Shown: piece after piece, positions 18,255 through 28,251 of the stretch
Position numbering within the stretch: position 1 is the first letter of the stretch
Layout of the letters: each line of letters starts with the position of its first letter
Assembly (NCBI GenBank): GCA_963730995.1
Contig: CAVSUB010000004.1
Coordinates: 552,900-616,899 of the forward strand
DNA: 64,000 bases
From: an uncultured Acidobacteriota bacterium
GTDB lineage: Bacteria; Acidobacteriota; Vicinamibacteria; Vicinamibacterales; 2-12-FULL-66-21
Direction: 5' to 3'
The notes under the pieces: model-generated
What the model was told of the DNA's origin: nothing
Databases searched by the model: none
Seen by the model: the letters and a program-made list of their open reading frames with translations, nothing else
Made by a program: the position numbers and the translations under genes

Positions 18255-18299
18255 GCCAATCGGTCGCCGCGATGTTCAGGCGTGAGCACGCGGCGGCCG

Positions 18300-20086
18300 C
18301 TACGCCGCCGGTGCCCCCGGCACCTGAAGTGCGTGCGCACCCACTCTTCGAATCGATCGCACATCGCCGCTTCGCCGTCGCTCGTGTCGGCCAGCAGCGC
18401 GTCGCCGTGCACGATACGGATGTGCGCATCGAGTGACGCCGGCACGATCTCGGGATAGTGGCGTGTGGCCGCGGCGCGCATCGACGACTCGGCACGCGCG
18501 CAGGCCTCTTCCGCGCTGGCGTTGCAGTCTTCGGCCAGATGCCGGGCAGAGAAGCCTTCGCCGGTCAGGCTGCGGAGCATCTGGTTGTGATCGACGCTGT
18601 TGCCCGGCTCCCAGTAGTGGGCGGCGAGCGTCGGCCCAATCGCCGGGTTGTCGGTCAGATAGCCCGACCTCGCCCAGCAGGTGCGCGCGCGTCTGCGCGA
18701 CCGCCATGTACGCGAGCAGGTATCCCTGATACGACGCGGCCGATTCCTGATTGAGCAGATGCGGAATCGCCAGGAGCGGCCGGGGGCTTTCGACGCCGAG
18801 CACTCGCACCTCCGTCTCCCGCGCCAGCGCCAGCACGCGCTCCGGGGTGAGGTCGTCGTCTGCCATCTGATACAGCGCGGACTCGAAGTACGGGACGACG
18901 GCGATCGAGCGGGCGTCGAAGGCGCGCATCGGTTGGCTGCTGGCGATGCGGTCCAGGATGAGCGACGGCTGGAATCGGCTGCCCGTCAGCGGACGCGGCA
19001 TAGCGCATCATCCAGTCTGCATCCGACAGCAGCTGGTCGCAGAACATCGACTGCGTTTCCGCGTAGGCCATCGACGTCGGCGGGTACTCCTGCGAGAAGC
19101 AGGGCGAGTTCTGGACCACGTTGGCGAAATGCGCGGCGTGGCCGCCTTCGTGGAACAGCGTGTTGATGGCGCGGAGGCCGCTGCCGACCTGATCCGGTTT
19201 CGCCTCCGCGGTGAAGTTGATCGCGGCAGGCACCCAGCGCCCGGTCTCGGTGATCCAGCTCGGCACCGGTCCGTGGCAGAACCCGTTCTGATGCTTGCCC
19301 GGACGCTCGAGCAGGTCCAGCTGCATCGTCGCACCCCGAAACTGGATCCCGAGCCGGCGGAAGCTGTCGATCCAGCGACGCAGCGCGAGTCCGAAGGGCA
19401 GGTACGGGTCGAGCCGGCGGATGACGTCGCCGGATGCATGGAACCGCAGATTCCAGGGCGCGGTGGCGGCTGCACCGTGACGCGTGCGAAGGTCCGAGAG
19501 GGCGCGTGCGTTGGCCGCGTCGGTCTGCCGGACGAAGTCGTCGAGCAGATGCAGCAGCGCCGGCGTCTGCCATGCGCTCGTTCTTCTGCAGCTTCAGGTC
19601 GAAGTAGTTTTCGTAGCCGAGCGCGCGGGCAAAGCGGTTGCGGAGGCGGACCAGCTCCAGGAACCCGTGATCGAGGACCCACCGTTCGATGTCGCGGAAG
19701 GCGTCGAATGAGCTCTTTCGCCGCTCTTCGACGCGATTGGTCGCCAGGTTGGTGGCCAGCATCGGCAGCGAGGCGACTTCCCACTCTCCCTGGTCGTTCA
19801 GATGCCGCGGCTCGTGTGCACGCTTGCGCTCGAACAGGACGGATTCGGCATCGACGATCTCGCGCATGAGCGTGCGGCCGTCCGGGCTGTCGATGATGTT
19901 GGCTTCGAACAGCGCCAGCCATCCGCCGAGGCCATGCAGCAGGGCGTCGCGCTCGGCGCCCGGCGGAGCCGCCCGGACAGCCGCCAGCTCGTCGCGGGTT
20001 TTCGTCAGCTTGGCAGGATCTCCGATGAATTCCTTATAGGCGCCCTCGGCGCGCGCGAAGGCGGCGTGGTCGTCGCTCGTGGCCAT
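18300..20086 (-). pseudogene. M3-family oligoendopeptidase, frame broken about 4 times as assembled
   Basis: ORFs 18986..20086, 18655..19326 (with HEGGH zinc motif FHEGGHAAHF), 18300..19001 and 18212..18580 join into one colinear protein of about 590 aa. The breaks lie near 19562, 19005, 18662 and 18320, the last in a G5/C5 run. Confidence 0.7.
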
Positions 20087-20246
20087 GTAGGTCGCCCAGA
20101 ACAGATCCTCTTTGGTCTCTGTGCACGGCGACGTAGGCGTGGTTCAGGTAGTCGAAGTACTCTCGCGCGCTCTGCATGTCTGCGATCGTATCTCCGTCCA
20201 CGTTCGCGTCACAGTCTAGGTGGACAGGAATGGATCTCAGGTGCTT

Positions 20247-20280
20247 GGGGTCAGACCCGGGGGTCAGACCTGGGTCTGAC
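20247..20280. repeat. GGGGTCAGACC-type palindromic repeat
   Basis: ggggtcagacccgggggtcagacctgggtctgacg lies between convergent genes. A related copy sits at 55821-55842. Confidence 0.7.
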
Positions 20281-20281
20281 G

Positions 20282-21535
20282 CTAGCTGGACCGATGCATC
20301 ACCTGCGGGCAGGACATTTTCTCCTGTTCCGCGAACGCCTCCGCAATTCTCAACGCAACGGCCGACGGGTCCGCGAAGGAGATGTTCGAAGTCACGGACA
20401 CCACGAGACCGCGTTCGGGAAACACCAGGAGCGACGTCGAACCACCCAGCATGACAGCCTCCGCCAGCAGGGGCCGGCCGCAGCCCGCCACTCGCGTTGG
20501 TTCGCCCGCGAGTGGAACTGTCTCCAGGTCCCAGCCAAGCCCGTAGCTGTTTTCCTCTCCCGAGGTCAGCCTCTGTGGTCTCTGGAGCATTCCGATGGTG
20601 TCGGGCTTCAGCAGCTTGCCGTTGCTGACCGCGATCCCGAACTGCACCAGGTCGGACGGCGTGGACAGGAACGCGCCGGCTCCGGCGAAGCAGGAGTAGT
20701 CCACTTCGGTCGCCACTTCGGGACCGTAGTGCGTATCCTCGTTGAACCTCGGGAAATAGAAGGTCGCGCGGTCCGGGATCGGTTCCTTCGGGGAGTCGGT
20801 CGTCGTGTCGCCCATGCCCAGCGGCTCGAAGATCTGACTGCGCATGAACGCCGAAAACGGCTCGTTCGCAGCGGCCTCGATCGCCGCGCTCACCAGGACC
20901 CAGCCATACGTCGAATACCTGAACTGCGTGCCCGGCTCGAACCGCAGCGGATCGACCGCGAACTTCTGCACGCCCTCCAGCGCCCGCTCGCAGTGCGCCG
21001 ACGGCATGTAGTCTTCTTCACCGCGGTAGTGCCTGACGCCTGCCAGATGTCCCATCAGCTGGCGCAGCGTCACGGGCCACTGTTTTGCCGGAAACGCGGG
21101 CACGTACGTCTGAATCTCGTCGTCCAGTTTGATGCGGCCTTTCTCCAGCAGCAGGCCGACGGCGGCCGACGTGAGCGCGACGGAGGCCGTTCCAATCCTG
21201 AACCGCGTTTGTGGCGCGACCGGCGCACGATTATCGAGATCCGCCCAGCCAAAGCCTTCGGCCCATACGAGGTCGCCACCCGCACCGACCGCTACCGATA
21301 GTCCCGGCAGGTTCTGCTCGGTGATCGCAGTCCGGACGATCTGCCGCCCCTGCTCGACCGCGCCGGCCCACTGTCGCGACAAGGCCCCGTGCGTTACGGA
21401 TGGCACGGCCTTCGGGTCCGGGTGCAGCGGCGTCGCGGTGGCGCTCACGTAGGCAAAGAGCCCCAGAATCGCCGCGAGCAACAGGCCGACGGCCACCACG
21501 AACAGAGCGATCCACGTTTCTTTCCGACTCTTCAT
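20282..21535 (-). CDS. beta-lactamase-fold serine-hydrolase homologue with a degenerate active-site motif
   Basis: TM/signal MKSRKETWIALFVVAVGLLL. The sequence is colinear with class C/esterase family proteins (PGLSVAV...FRIG....). The SxxK position reads TASV and the YxN position reads YST. Confidence 0.7.
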   Translation of the reverse strand: MKSRKETWIALFVVAVGLLLAAILGLFAYVSATATPLHPDPKAVPSVTHGALSRQWAGAVEQGRQIVRTAITEQNLPGLSVAVGAGGDLVWAEGFGWADLDNRAPVAPQTRFRIGTASVALTSAAVGLLLEKGRIKLDDEIQTYVPAFPAKQWPVTLRQLMGHLAGVRHYRGEEDYMPSAHCERALEGVQKFAVDPLRFEPGTQFRYSTYGWVLVSAAIEAAANEPFSAFMRSQIFEPLGMGDTTTDSPKEPIPDRATFYFPRFNEDTHYGPEVATEVDYSCFAGAGAFLSTPSDLVQFGIAVSNGKLLKPDTIGMLQRPQRLTSGEENSYGLGWDLETVPLAGEPTRVAGCGRPLLAEAVMLGGSTSLLVFPERGLVVSVTSNISFADPSAVALRIAEAFAEQEKMSCPQVMHRSS

Positions 21536-21587
21536 ATCTCTCGTGGGGGCTTCAGGCCTCGGCCTTCCTTGCACGTGCCAACGCCGT

Positions 21588-21606
21588 AACTTTACAATGC
21601 AAAGTT
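21588..21606. promoter_or_regulatory. imperfect inverted repeat AACTTTACAATGCAAAGTT, candidate PadR operator
   Basis: An AT-richer palindrome in the divergent spacer upstream of the PadR gene. There is no direct evidence of binding. Confidence 0.25.
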
Positions 21607-21823
21607 ATTCGTGTCAACGTGAAGAAGAGCCAGGGTAGCCGATACCGTATATGTTGCGGACCGCGACCCGCGATGCGGAGCGCGCGTTTTTCCACGCCAG
21701 CGTTAGCTTGCTGGAGCGGACCGTGTTTCGCCGGCATTCGGAGAATCTGACAAGGTAGTGGCTAGCAACCTTTTTCCACTCTCCACCGTCTATGTGCTTT
21801 GGGAGTATAGTCTCAAGGCACAC

Positions 21824-22183
21824 ATGGACAGATTCCGACCTGAATCCTTTCTTCCCTTGACTCCGGTGGCGTTCGAGATCCTGCTCGCGCTGGCCGACGG
21901 CGAGCGCCACGGCTACAGCATCCTGCAGGAAGTCGAACGCCGGTCGGGCGGCACGGTGTCGCTGCATGCCGGCACGCTGTATCGCGCCCTCGCGCGGCTG
22001 CTGGAAAGCGAGCTCATCGAAGAGCTGACAGAAGCACCCGATCCGAACAATGACGACGACCGGCGGCGGTATTACCGGCTGACGACGCGCGGCATCGCCG
22101 TGGCGAAGTCGGAAGTCGCCCGGCTGGAGGGGCAGCTGTCGGCCGCTCGCTCGCGGCGACTGCTGAAAGGTGCCCGGACGTGA
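21824..22183 (+). CDS. PadR-family transcriptional regulator
   Basis: LTPVAFEILLALADGERHGYSILQEV...GTLYRALARLLESELIEE...RRYYRLT. The ATG at 21824 is preferred over the GTG at 21758. Confidence 0.85.
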   Translation: MDRFRPESFLPLTPVAFEILLALADGERHGYSILQEVERRSGGTVSLHAGTLYRALARLLESELIEELTEAPDPNNDDDRRRYYRLTTRGIAVAKSEVARLEGQLSAARSRRLLKGART

Positions 22184-24897
22184 TGCGCAGGCTCTTCTCA
22201 CTGGCACTGTTCGCCTATCCCCGGGCCTTCCGCCGGCGATTCGGCGACGAAATGTACGACGATTTCCGTCGCAGGCCCCTTGGTACGGCCGGCACGCTAC
22301 GCACCCTGGGGACGCTTGCGATCAACGGCCTCGCTGAACGCTGGTCGGCGGTCGTGCGGTGGGCGTGGTTCTCGAACGCGACTCCCCACTTGTACGAGCC
22401 TACAGGCAGGCACCATATGTTTCTCGATACGCTTCGCGCGGACGTCAGGCACACGATTCGGCTCGCGGTCAAGACGCCGGTCTTCACAACGTTGACGATC
22501 CTGACGCTCGCCCTCGGTATCGGCGCCACCAGCGCGATCTTCGCCGTCATCAACGGCGTGCTGCTGAGAGCGCTGCCTTACCGCGATGACGCGCAGCTCG
22601 TGAACGTCTGGAGCAACAACACCAGCGAGAGCCGGCCGCGCAATCCGCTTTCGCCGGCGAACTTTCTCGATTTCCAGAGAATGAACACGACGCTCGACGG
22701 CCTCGAAGGCTACTTCGCTATCGTGACGCCGACCCAGCTGAAGGCCGACAGCGGCACCGAAGTGGTCTTCGGGCTGTTCGTCACGTCGAATCTGTTCAAC
22801 ATGCTGGGCCGCTCCGCCGCGCTCGGCCGCGCGTTCGCTGCCAACGAACAAGCGCCGGCCGTGGTGTTGAGCGACGGGTACTGGCGGCGGCGCTTTGGCG
22901 CCGATCCTGGCATTGTCGGCAGGCAGCTGACGCTCTACGGGATGCCCTACCAGGTGATCGGCGTGATGCCGCGCGACTTCGTCTTCCCATATCCCGGCAT
23001 GCTCGGGCCGAGCGGATTCACGCGCGTCACCAGCATCGACTTGTGGCTGCCGATCACCTACTCCGGCCCGGTGGCCGCCTCGAACCGGATGCTGACGCCG
23101 AGCGGGGAGGTCGTTCGCTCCGCTCACTGGTGGGGCGCGATCGGCCGCGTCAAGCATGGAGTGCCGTTGCAGCAAGTAGACGCCGACCTGAAGCGAATCG
23201 CCGCGCAGCTCGAGCAGGCGTACCCGTCCACGAACAAGGGCTGGAGCACAACCGTCGTGCCCTCGATCGATCAATCCGTGGGAGCGATCCGTCCGGCGTT
23301 GATGATCCTGCTCGTCGGCATCGCGTTCGTGCTGATCATGGCGTCGGTGAACGTTGCGAATCTGCTGCTGGCCCGCAGCGTCGCCCGTGAAAAGGAGCTT
23401 GCGACTCGCGTGGCGCTGGGGGCTCGCCGGTCGCGGATCGCGCGACAGCTGCTCACCGAAAGCCTGCTGCTCGCGGCCGCGGCGGGCATCGCCGGTCTGC
23501 TGGTGATGTGGTCGACGTTGACCACGCTCATCGCGCTGGCGCCGGCCGACATCCCTCGCATCAACGAAGTCACGATCGACTGGCGGGTGCTGCTGGCGGC
23601 GTCGCTCACCACGATCCTCACCGGCCTCCTCGTGGGCGTGTTGCCGGCGATGAGCTCGGCGACGGTCAACCCGCAAGCCAGCCTGCAGGACGCCAGCCGC
23701 GGATCCGTTGGGAGCGGACTCCGACGCCGCGCCCGCGCCGCACTCGTGATCGCCGAAGTCGCGCTCGCCGTCGCGATCACGACCGGAGCCGGGCTGCTGC
23801 TCCGCAGCTTCGTGTCGGTGACGAACGTCAATCCGGGCTTCGAGACCAAGGGAGTGCTCACCTGGCAGATGAACCTGCCGCCGCACCTGACCGACAACGC
23901 CGATCGCCTCGCGTTCTACCAGGACTTCTTCACCAGGATGGAAGCGCTGCCCGGCGTGGTATCGGTCGGGGGCACCACCCGAGTGCCGCTCGGCAGCACG
24001 TCCGTGTCGACCACGCTGCAGCGCGAGGGCTATCCGCTGCCCGCCGCCGAGCTGCCGGAAGTCCAGTTCCGCCGCGCGATGCACAATTACTTCCAGGCGA
24101 TGGGCATCCCGATTCGCAGCGGCCGCGGCTTCGATGCCACCGACACCAGCACGGCGCCGCCAGTCGCCATCATCAACGAAACGATGGCGGGCAAGCTCTT
24201 TCGGAATCAGGATCCGATCGGACAACACGTCAGGATCGGCTCGACGCCAACCGGCCCGTGGACGACGATCGTCGGGGTCGTCGGGGACGTCCGTCACGGC
24301 GGCCTCGAAGACGAACCGGAGCCGGAGATGTACATCAACTACCTGCAGGGCCCGCCCGTATCGCCGTTCATCGTCATGCGCACCGCCGGCGATCCCGCGC
24401 TGCTCGCGGAACCGGTTCGCGCGGAGATGCGCCGCATCGACAAGAACATTCCGCTCTACGACATGCGGACCATGGCGAGGCTGCGGTCGGAAGCGATCTC
24501 GACACGGCGCTTCATCCTGCTGATCGTTGGCGCGTTCGGCGTCCTGGCACTCGGACTTGCCGCGATCGGCGTCTACGGAGTGATGTCGCTGATCGTCAGC
24601 GAGCGCACGCGCGAAGTTGGGGTGCGGCTCGCGCTCGGCGCGAAACCGTCCCAGCTGTTGGGGATGATTGTCGGGCAGGCGGCGACGCTCGGTGCAATCG
24701 GCGTCGCGATCGGAGTGCTCGTCGCCTTGCCGATGGCGCCGCTGCTCGCCGGACAGCTGTACGGCATTCACTCGATCGATGCGGCCACGTTCGTCAGCGT
24801 GCCAGCCGCGCTGTTGCTGATCTCGGCGCTCGCGGCGCTGGTGCCGGCGCGCAAAGCGATGCGAATCGATCCGGTCGAGGCGCTGCGACTCGAGTGA
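22180..24897 (+). CDS. ADOP-family duplicated MacB/FtsX-like permease with an N-terminal prefix domain
   Basis: 905 aa with two MacB-periplasmic/FtsX halves. The canonical start LRADVRHTIRLAVKTPVFT is preceded by about 85 aa (LFAYPRAFRRRFGDEMYDDF). The start overlaps the PadR stop. Confidence 0.85.
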   Translation: MMRRLFSLALFAYPRAFRRRFGDEMYDDFRRRPLGTAGTLRTLGTLAINGLAERWSAVVRWAWFSNATPHLYEPTGRHHMFLDTLRADVRHTIRLAVKTPVFTTLTILTLALGIGATSAIFAVINGVLLRALPYRDDAQLVNVWSNNTSESRPRNPLSPANFLDFQRMNTTLDGLEGYFAIVTPTQLKADSGTEVVFGLFVTSNLFNMLGRSAALGRAFAANEQAPAVVLSDGYWRRRFGADPGIVGRQLTLYGMPYQVIGVMPRDFVFPYPGMLGPSGFTRVTSIDLWLPITYSGPVAASNRMLTPSGEVVRSAHWWGAIGRVKHGVPLQQVDADLKRIAAQLEQAYPSTNKGWSTTVVPSIDQSVGAIRPALMILLVGIAFVLIMASVNVANLLLARSVAREKELATRVALGARRSRIARQLLTESLLLAAAAGIAGLLVMWSTLTTLIALAPADIPRINEVTIDWRVLLAASLTTILTGLLVGVLPAMSSATVNPQASLQDASRGSVGSGLRRRARAALVIAEVALAVAITTGAGLLLRSFVSVTNVNPGFETKGVLTWQMNLPPHLTDNADRLAFYQDFFTRMEALPGVVSVGGTTRVPLGSTSVSTTLQREGYPLPAAELPEVQFRRAMHNYFQAMGIPIRSGRGFDATDTSTAPPVAIINETMAGKLFRNQDPIGQHVRIGSTPTGPWTTIVGVVGDVRHGGLEDEPEPEMYINYLQGPPVSPFIVMRTAGDPALLAEPVRAEMRRIDKNIPLYDMRTMARLRSEAISTRRFILLIVGAFGVLALGLAAIGVYGVMSLIVSERTREVGVRLALGAKPSQLLGMIVGQAATLGAIGVAIGVLVALPMAPLLAGQLYGIHSIDAATFVSVPAALLLISALAALVPARKAMRIDPVEALRLE

Positions 24898-24903
24898 ACT
24901 TCG

Positions 24904-24936
24904 AGCCTGGCGCGGGCTGAAGCCCGCGCCCTACAT
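24904..24936 (-). repeat. REP-like palindrome, GTAG-headed (copy A, reverse orientation)
   Basis: The reverse complement reads CATGTAGGGCGCGGGCTTCAGCCCGCGCCAGGC. Compare the copies at 28216 and 36914. Confidence 0.7.
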
Positions 24937-25212
24937 GTGAACTTCGACCCCGCAGCGTCGCTCTTCCGCGAGTGCCAAGCTCTCGATCCTGCCCTAGAAC
25001 CTCTTCCGCCAGCGACGTAAGACGACCTCCAGGTTCACGTTCGCCTGAGGCATCGCATGCGGCGTCATATTGATATCGTCGGTATGAGTGGACGTTCTCG
25101 CACCAACACCCCATCCTTGGTCGGCGACCGGTCGTTGTCATGGCCCGGTCGAAGGACTGATCTCGATACTCAATCTGCTGCGAATGACGAGGCGGGAGAA
25201 CAGGCGGCGATC

Positions 25213-26067
25213 ATGACCCCCAAAGTGCACGCGATTCAGACTGGCACGGTACGTGTTCGCCCGAAACAGATGGCGGCGACCGCTCGCGGTCAAATGCGAC
25301 TGGCGGCGGTGTTGCTCGACGACGAGTGGTCGGAGTGGGTACCGATCTACGCCTGGCTGATCGAACACGAAGAGGGGGCCATCCTCGTAGATACCGGTGA
25401 GACATCGCGCGTGCACGAGCGCGGCTATCATCCGCGGTGGCACCCGTTCTATCGGCGAGCATCGCGGTTTCGCGTGCGACCCGACGACGAGATTGGTCCT
25501 GTCTTGCGTGCGATGGGCGTTGCGATGACCGACATTCGTCACGTCGTCCTGACCCATCTCCACACCGATCATGCCGGTGGGCTGGCGCATCTCGTGGGTC
25601 AGCGCATCTGGGTGGATTCGCGAGAACTCGATGGAGCACGCGGGCTTCCGGGTCGAGTCAAGGGATATCTGCCGCACCGGTGGCCGCAGTGGATCGACTT
25701 CGAGCCGGTTCGGTTCGAGCCGCGACCGTTCGGCCCGTTTCCGGAACGGATGCCGTTGACCAGCCGCGGCGATGTCTTTGTCGTGCCGACACCAGGCCAC
25801 ACGCCAGGTCACGTGTCCGTCGTCGTCGAAGGCGAGGTGTCGGTCTTCATCGCCGGTGACACGAGCTACACCGAGGATCTCTTGCGGGCCGGTGTGGTTG
25901 ACGGCGTCAGCCCCGACGAAAACGTGGCGCGCAAAACGATGGCGCGCATCCGGCAGTTGGCGGCGGACCTGCCGCTCGTGTACCTGCCGTCGCACGATCC
26001 CGCGGCCGCGGAGAGGCTGGCGCACATGCGGCCGATGGCGGCGTCCAGTCTCGAGCCGTGCGGTTGA
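25213..26067 (+). CDS. MBL-fold metallo-hydrolase (N-acyl-homoserine-lactonase-like)
   Basis: HLHTDHAGG motif plus PTPGHTPGH. The start MTPKVHAIQTG lies inside ORF 25057..26067. Confidence 0.75.
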   Translation: MTPKVHAIQTGTVRVRPKQMAATARGQMRLAAVLLDDEWSEWVPIYAWLIEHEEGAILVDTGETSRVHERGYHPRWHPFYRRASRFRVRPDDEIGPVLRAMGVAMTDIRHVVLTHLHTDHAGGLAHLVGQRIWVDSRELDGARGLPGRVKGYLPHRWPQWIDFEPVRFEPRPFGPFPERMPLTSRGDVFVVPTPGHTPGHVSVVVEGEVSVFIAGDTSYTEDLLRAGVVDGVSPDENVARKTMARIRQLAADLPLVYLPSHDPAAAERLAHMRPMAASSLEPCG

Positions 26068-26222
26068 CGGCCCCGCCCATCACTCGTCCTTAGGAATCCT
26101 CCGAAACGGCCCGTTGGGCGGCAAGCCCCGGAGCGCTTTCGGACCCGCTCGTTCGGACTCATGCACCCTTGCGATCTCTCGACCGGGCCGCTGGGCAGGG
26201 GCGCTATTCTTATGGACGGAAC

Positions 26223-28196
26223 ATGAACAGACCTTCGATAGTCACCAGCGCGGCTCTTCCGGTGTTCGCCATCCTCCTCCTGGTCCGCGCCGTTTCGACG
26301 CAGGAACCACGGAATCAGAGCGCCGCGGCGCTGAAGAACCCGGTCGCGGCGACGCCAGAGTCAATCGCGGCGGGCCAGAGGGGCTACGACGCCAACTGCG
26401 CCAGCTGCCATGGCAACAGGGCCCAGGGTGCCGTCAAAGCCGGCGTCGTGATCTCAATCATCCAGGAGCAGGGCGGAAAGCAGCCTCCCGATCTGACCGA
26501 CGACGCATGGGACCATGGCGCGACCGATGGCGAAATCTTCTCCGTCATCAAGAAAGGCGTGCCGCCCACGATGATGGCAGGCTGGGACGGCAGGCTGTCG
26601 GACACCGAGATCTGGAACATCATCAACTACATCCGCGCGCTCCCGACGAACAGGAACATCACTGCCGCGGCACCGGTTGCCGCAGACGCGAACGCGACGC
26701 CACGGCCGACACTGGAGCTGGCCGACTACGTCCAGATGCCGATGACTGGCGAAATCGGCGGCGAGAACACGCGCGGACAGATGGCGCGCGTGAACTTCCT
26801 GCGCGACGAGCCGGGAGGGCGACGCTTTTTCGTGAACGATCTCAACGGACCGCTCTACATCCTCGACAAGCAAACGAAGAAGCTGACGAAATACCTGGAT
26901 TTCAACGGCGTTGGTGAGCGGCCGGGTCTCTTCGCGAGACTGACGTACGAGCGAAACCTCGCAACCGGTCTCATCAACGTCATTTTCGATCCGGACTACG
27001 CGCGTAACGGGGTCTTCTACACGATCCACATGGAAGACCCCACGATCGCGGCGCCCGCGGAGCCGAAGGCTGGCGCCGTGCCCGGCCTCGCCGTCTCGGG
27101 CTACCGGACCACGCCGGCGATCGTGACGCCGACACTGCCTGGCGCAACGATCGACCGCGAGTCCGTCGTGGTTGAGTGGACCGATCGGAATATCACGAAC
27201 ACGACCTTCGAAGGCACCGCGCGAGAGGTACTGCGGATACAGCTGCCGTCGCCGATCCATCCGCTGGGTGAGATGACGTTCAATCCGACTGCCCGGCGCG
27301 GCGACGCGGACTGGCGCGTGATGTACATCGGCAGCGGGGATGCAGGTACCGGCGAGCAGCGCGACATCCGCCGGCTGAATCCGCAGCGACTCGACAACCT
27401 GGCCGGGAAAATCCTCCGCATCGTGCCCGATCTGCGCGAACACACCGCCACGAGCACGGTGAGCGAGAACGGACGCTATCGCATTCCGAACGACAATCCC
27501 TTCGCTTCCGTCGAGGGAGCGCGCAAGGAGATCTGGGCCGCGGGTTTGCGCAATCCCCATCGTCTGATCTGGGACGTGGACCCCGCTCAACCCGCAGCGC
27601 CGCGCCTGTTCGCGTTCAGCATCGGCCTGGCCTCGTGGGAGACGATGGTGATTGTCAAAAAGGGGGCGAACTACGGCTACCCGCTGCGTGAGGGCCCTCA
27701 GGCCAGGACGTCCGAAGGGATGGTCCCCGTGCCGGCGGACGACACCATCCCGCTGCAGATCACGGACACGATCACGCGCGGCACAGTGAAGCCGACTTAT
27801 CCCGTGATCGCCTACCCGCATGCCGCCAGCGGCGGCGACGCGATTGCCGGTGGGGTCATCTATCGCGGCAGCCGTATCCCCGCCCTGAAGGGCAAACTGA
27901 TCTTCGGCGACATCACGACGGGCCACGTCTGGTACTCCGACATGGCCGACGTGCTGGCCGCCGACGACGGCAACCCGGCGACGCTCGCCGCGATGCACGA
28001 GATAGATGCCGGCCTTCGCCGCCTCGTCGAACAGACGTTCCGCGCACGCGGGGGGCAGGGTGACGCGCTGCCTGGCGCCGCCGCCGTCGCGGGTCGCGGC
28101 CGCGTGGATGTTCGGTTCGCCGAGGACAGCGCCGGCGAGCTCTACATCCTGACGAAGACTGACGGCATGATCCGCCAGGTCGTGGGTTTCCGCTAA
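26223..28196 (+). CDS. secreted cytochrome c domain fused to a sorbosone/glucose-dehydrogenase-like beta-propeller
   Basis: Signal peptide, then CASCHGNRAQG with MMAGW. This is followed by about 500 aa with GSDH-like blocks (NDLNGPLYILD, GLRNPHRLIWD, NYGYPLREG). Confidence 0.7.
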   Translation: MNRPSIVTSAALPVFAILLLVRAVSTQEPRNQSAAALKNPVAATPESIAAGQRGYDANCASCHGNRAQGAVKAGVVISIIQEQGGKQPPDLTDDAWDHGATDGEIFSVIKKGVPPTMMAGWDGRLSDTEIWNIINYIRALPTNRNITAAAPVAADANATPRPTLELADYVQMPMTGEIGGENTRGQMARVNFLRDEPGGRRFFVNDLNGPLYILDKQTKKLTKYLDFNGVGERPGLFARLTYERNLATGLINVIFDPDYARNGVFYTIHMEDPTIAAPAEPKAGAVPGLAVSGYRTTPAIVTPTLPGATIDRESVVVEWTDRNITNTTFEGTAREVLRIQLPSPIHPLGEMTFNPTARRGDADWRVMYIGSGDAGTGEQRDIRRLNPQRLDNLAGKILRIVPDLREHTATSTVSENGRYRIPNDNPFASVEGARKEIWAAGLRNPHRLIWDVDPAQPAAPRLFAFSIGLASWETMVIVKKGANYGYPLREGPQARTSEGMVPVPADDTIPLQITDTITRGTVKPTYPVIAYPHAASGGDAIAGGVIYRGSRIPALKGKLIFGDITTGHVWYSDMADVLAADDGNPATLAAMHEIDAGLRRLVEQTFRARGGQGDALPGAAAVAGRGRVDVRFAEDSAGELYILTKTDGMIRQVVGFR

Positions 28197-28215
28197 GTTC
28201 GCCACTTGTGTTTTT

Positions 28216-28248
28216 CACGTAGGGCCGGGCCTTCAGGCCCGTCCAGGC
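28216..28248 (+). repeat. REP-like palindrome, GTAG-headed (copy B)
   Basis: CACGTAGGGCCGGGCCTTCAGGCCCGTCCAGGC lies between convergent gene ends. Confidence 0.7.
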
Positions 28249-28251
28249 GGA

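Noticed and set aside
22297-24771. 824-aa minus-strand ORF
   Set aside because: It is antisense to the ADOP permease, Arg/Asp-rich and featureless. The plus-strand product has clear family architecture.
26454-28205. 583-aa minus-strand ORF (similar cases: 31728..33014, 38417..39697, 44816..46381, 59338..61260)
   Set aside because: All of these are antisense shadows of well-supported genes. They have Arg-rich low-complexity translations and no recognisable domains.
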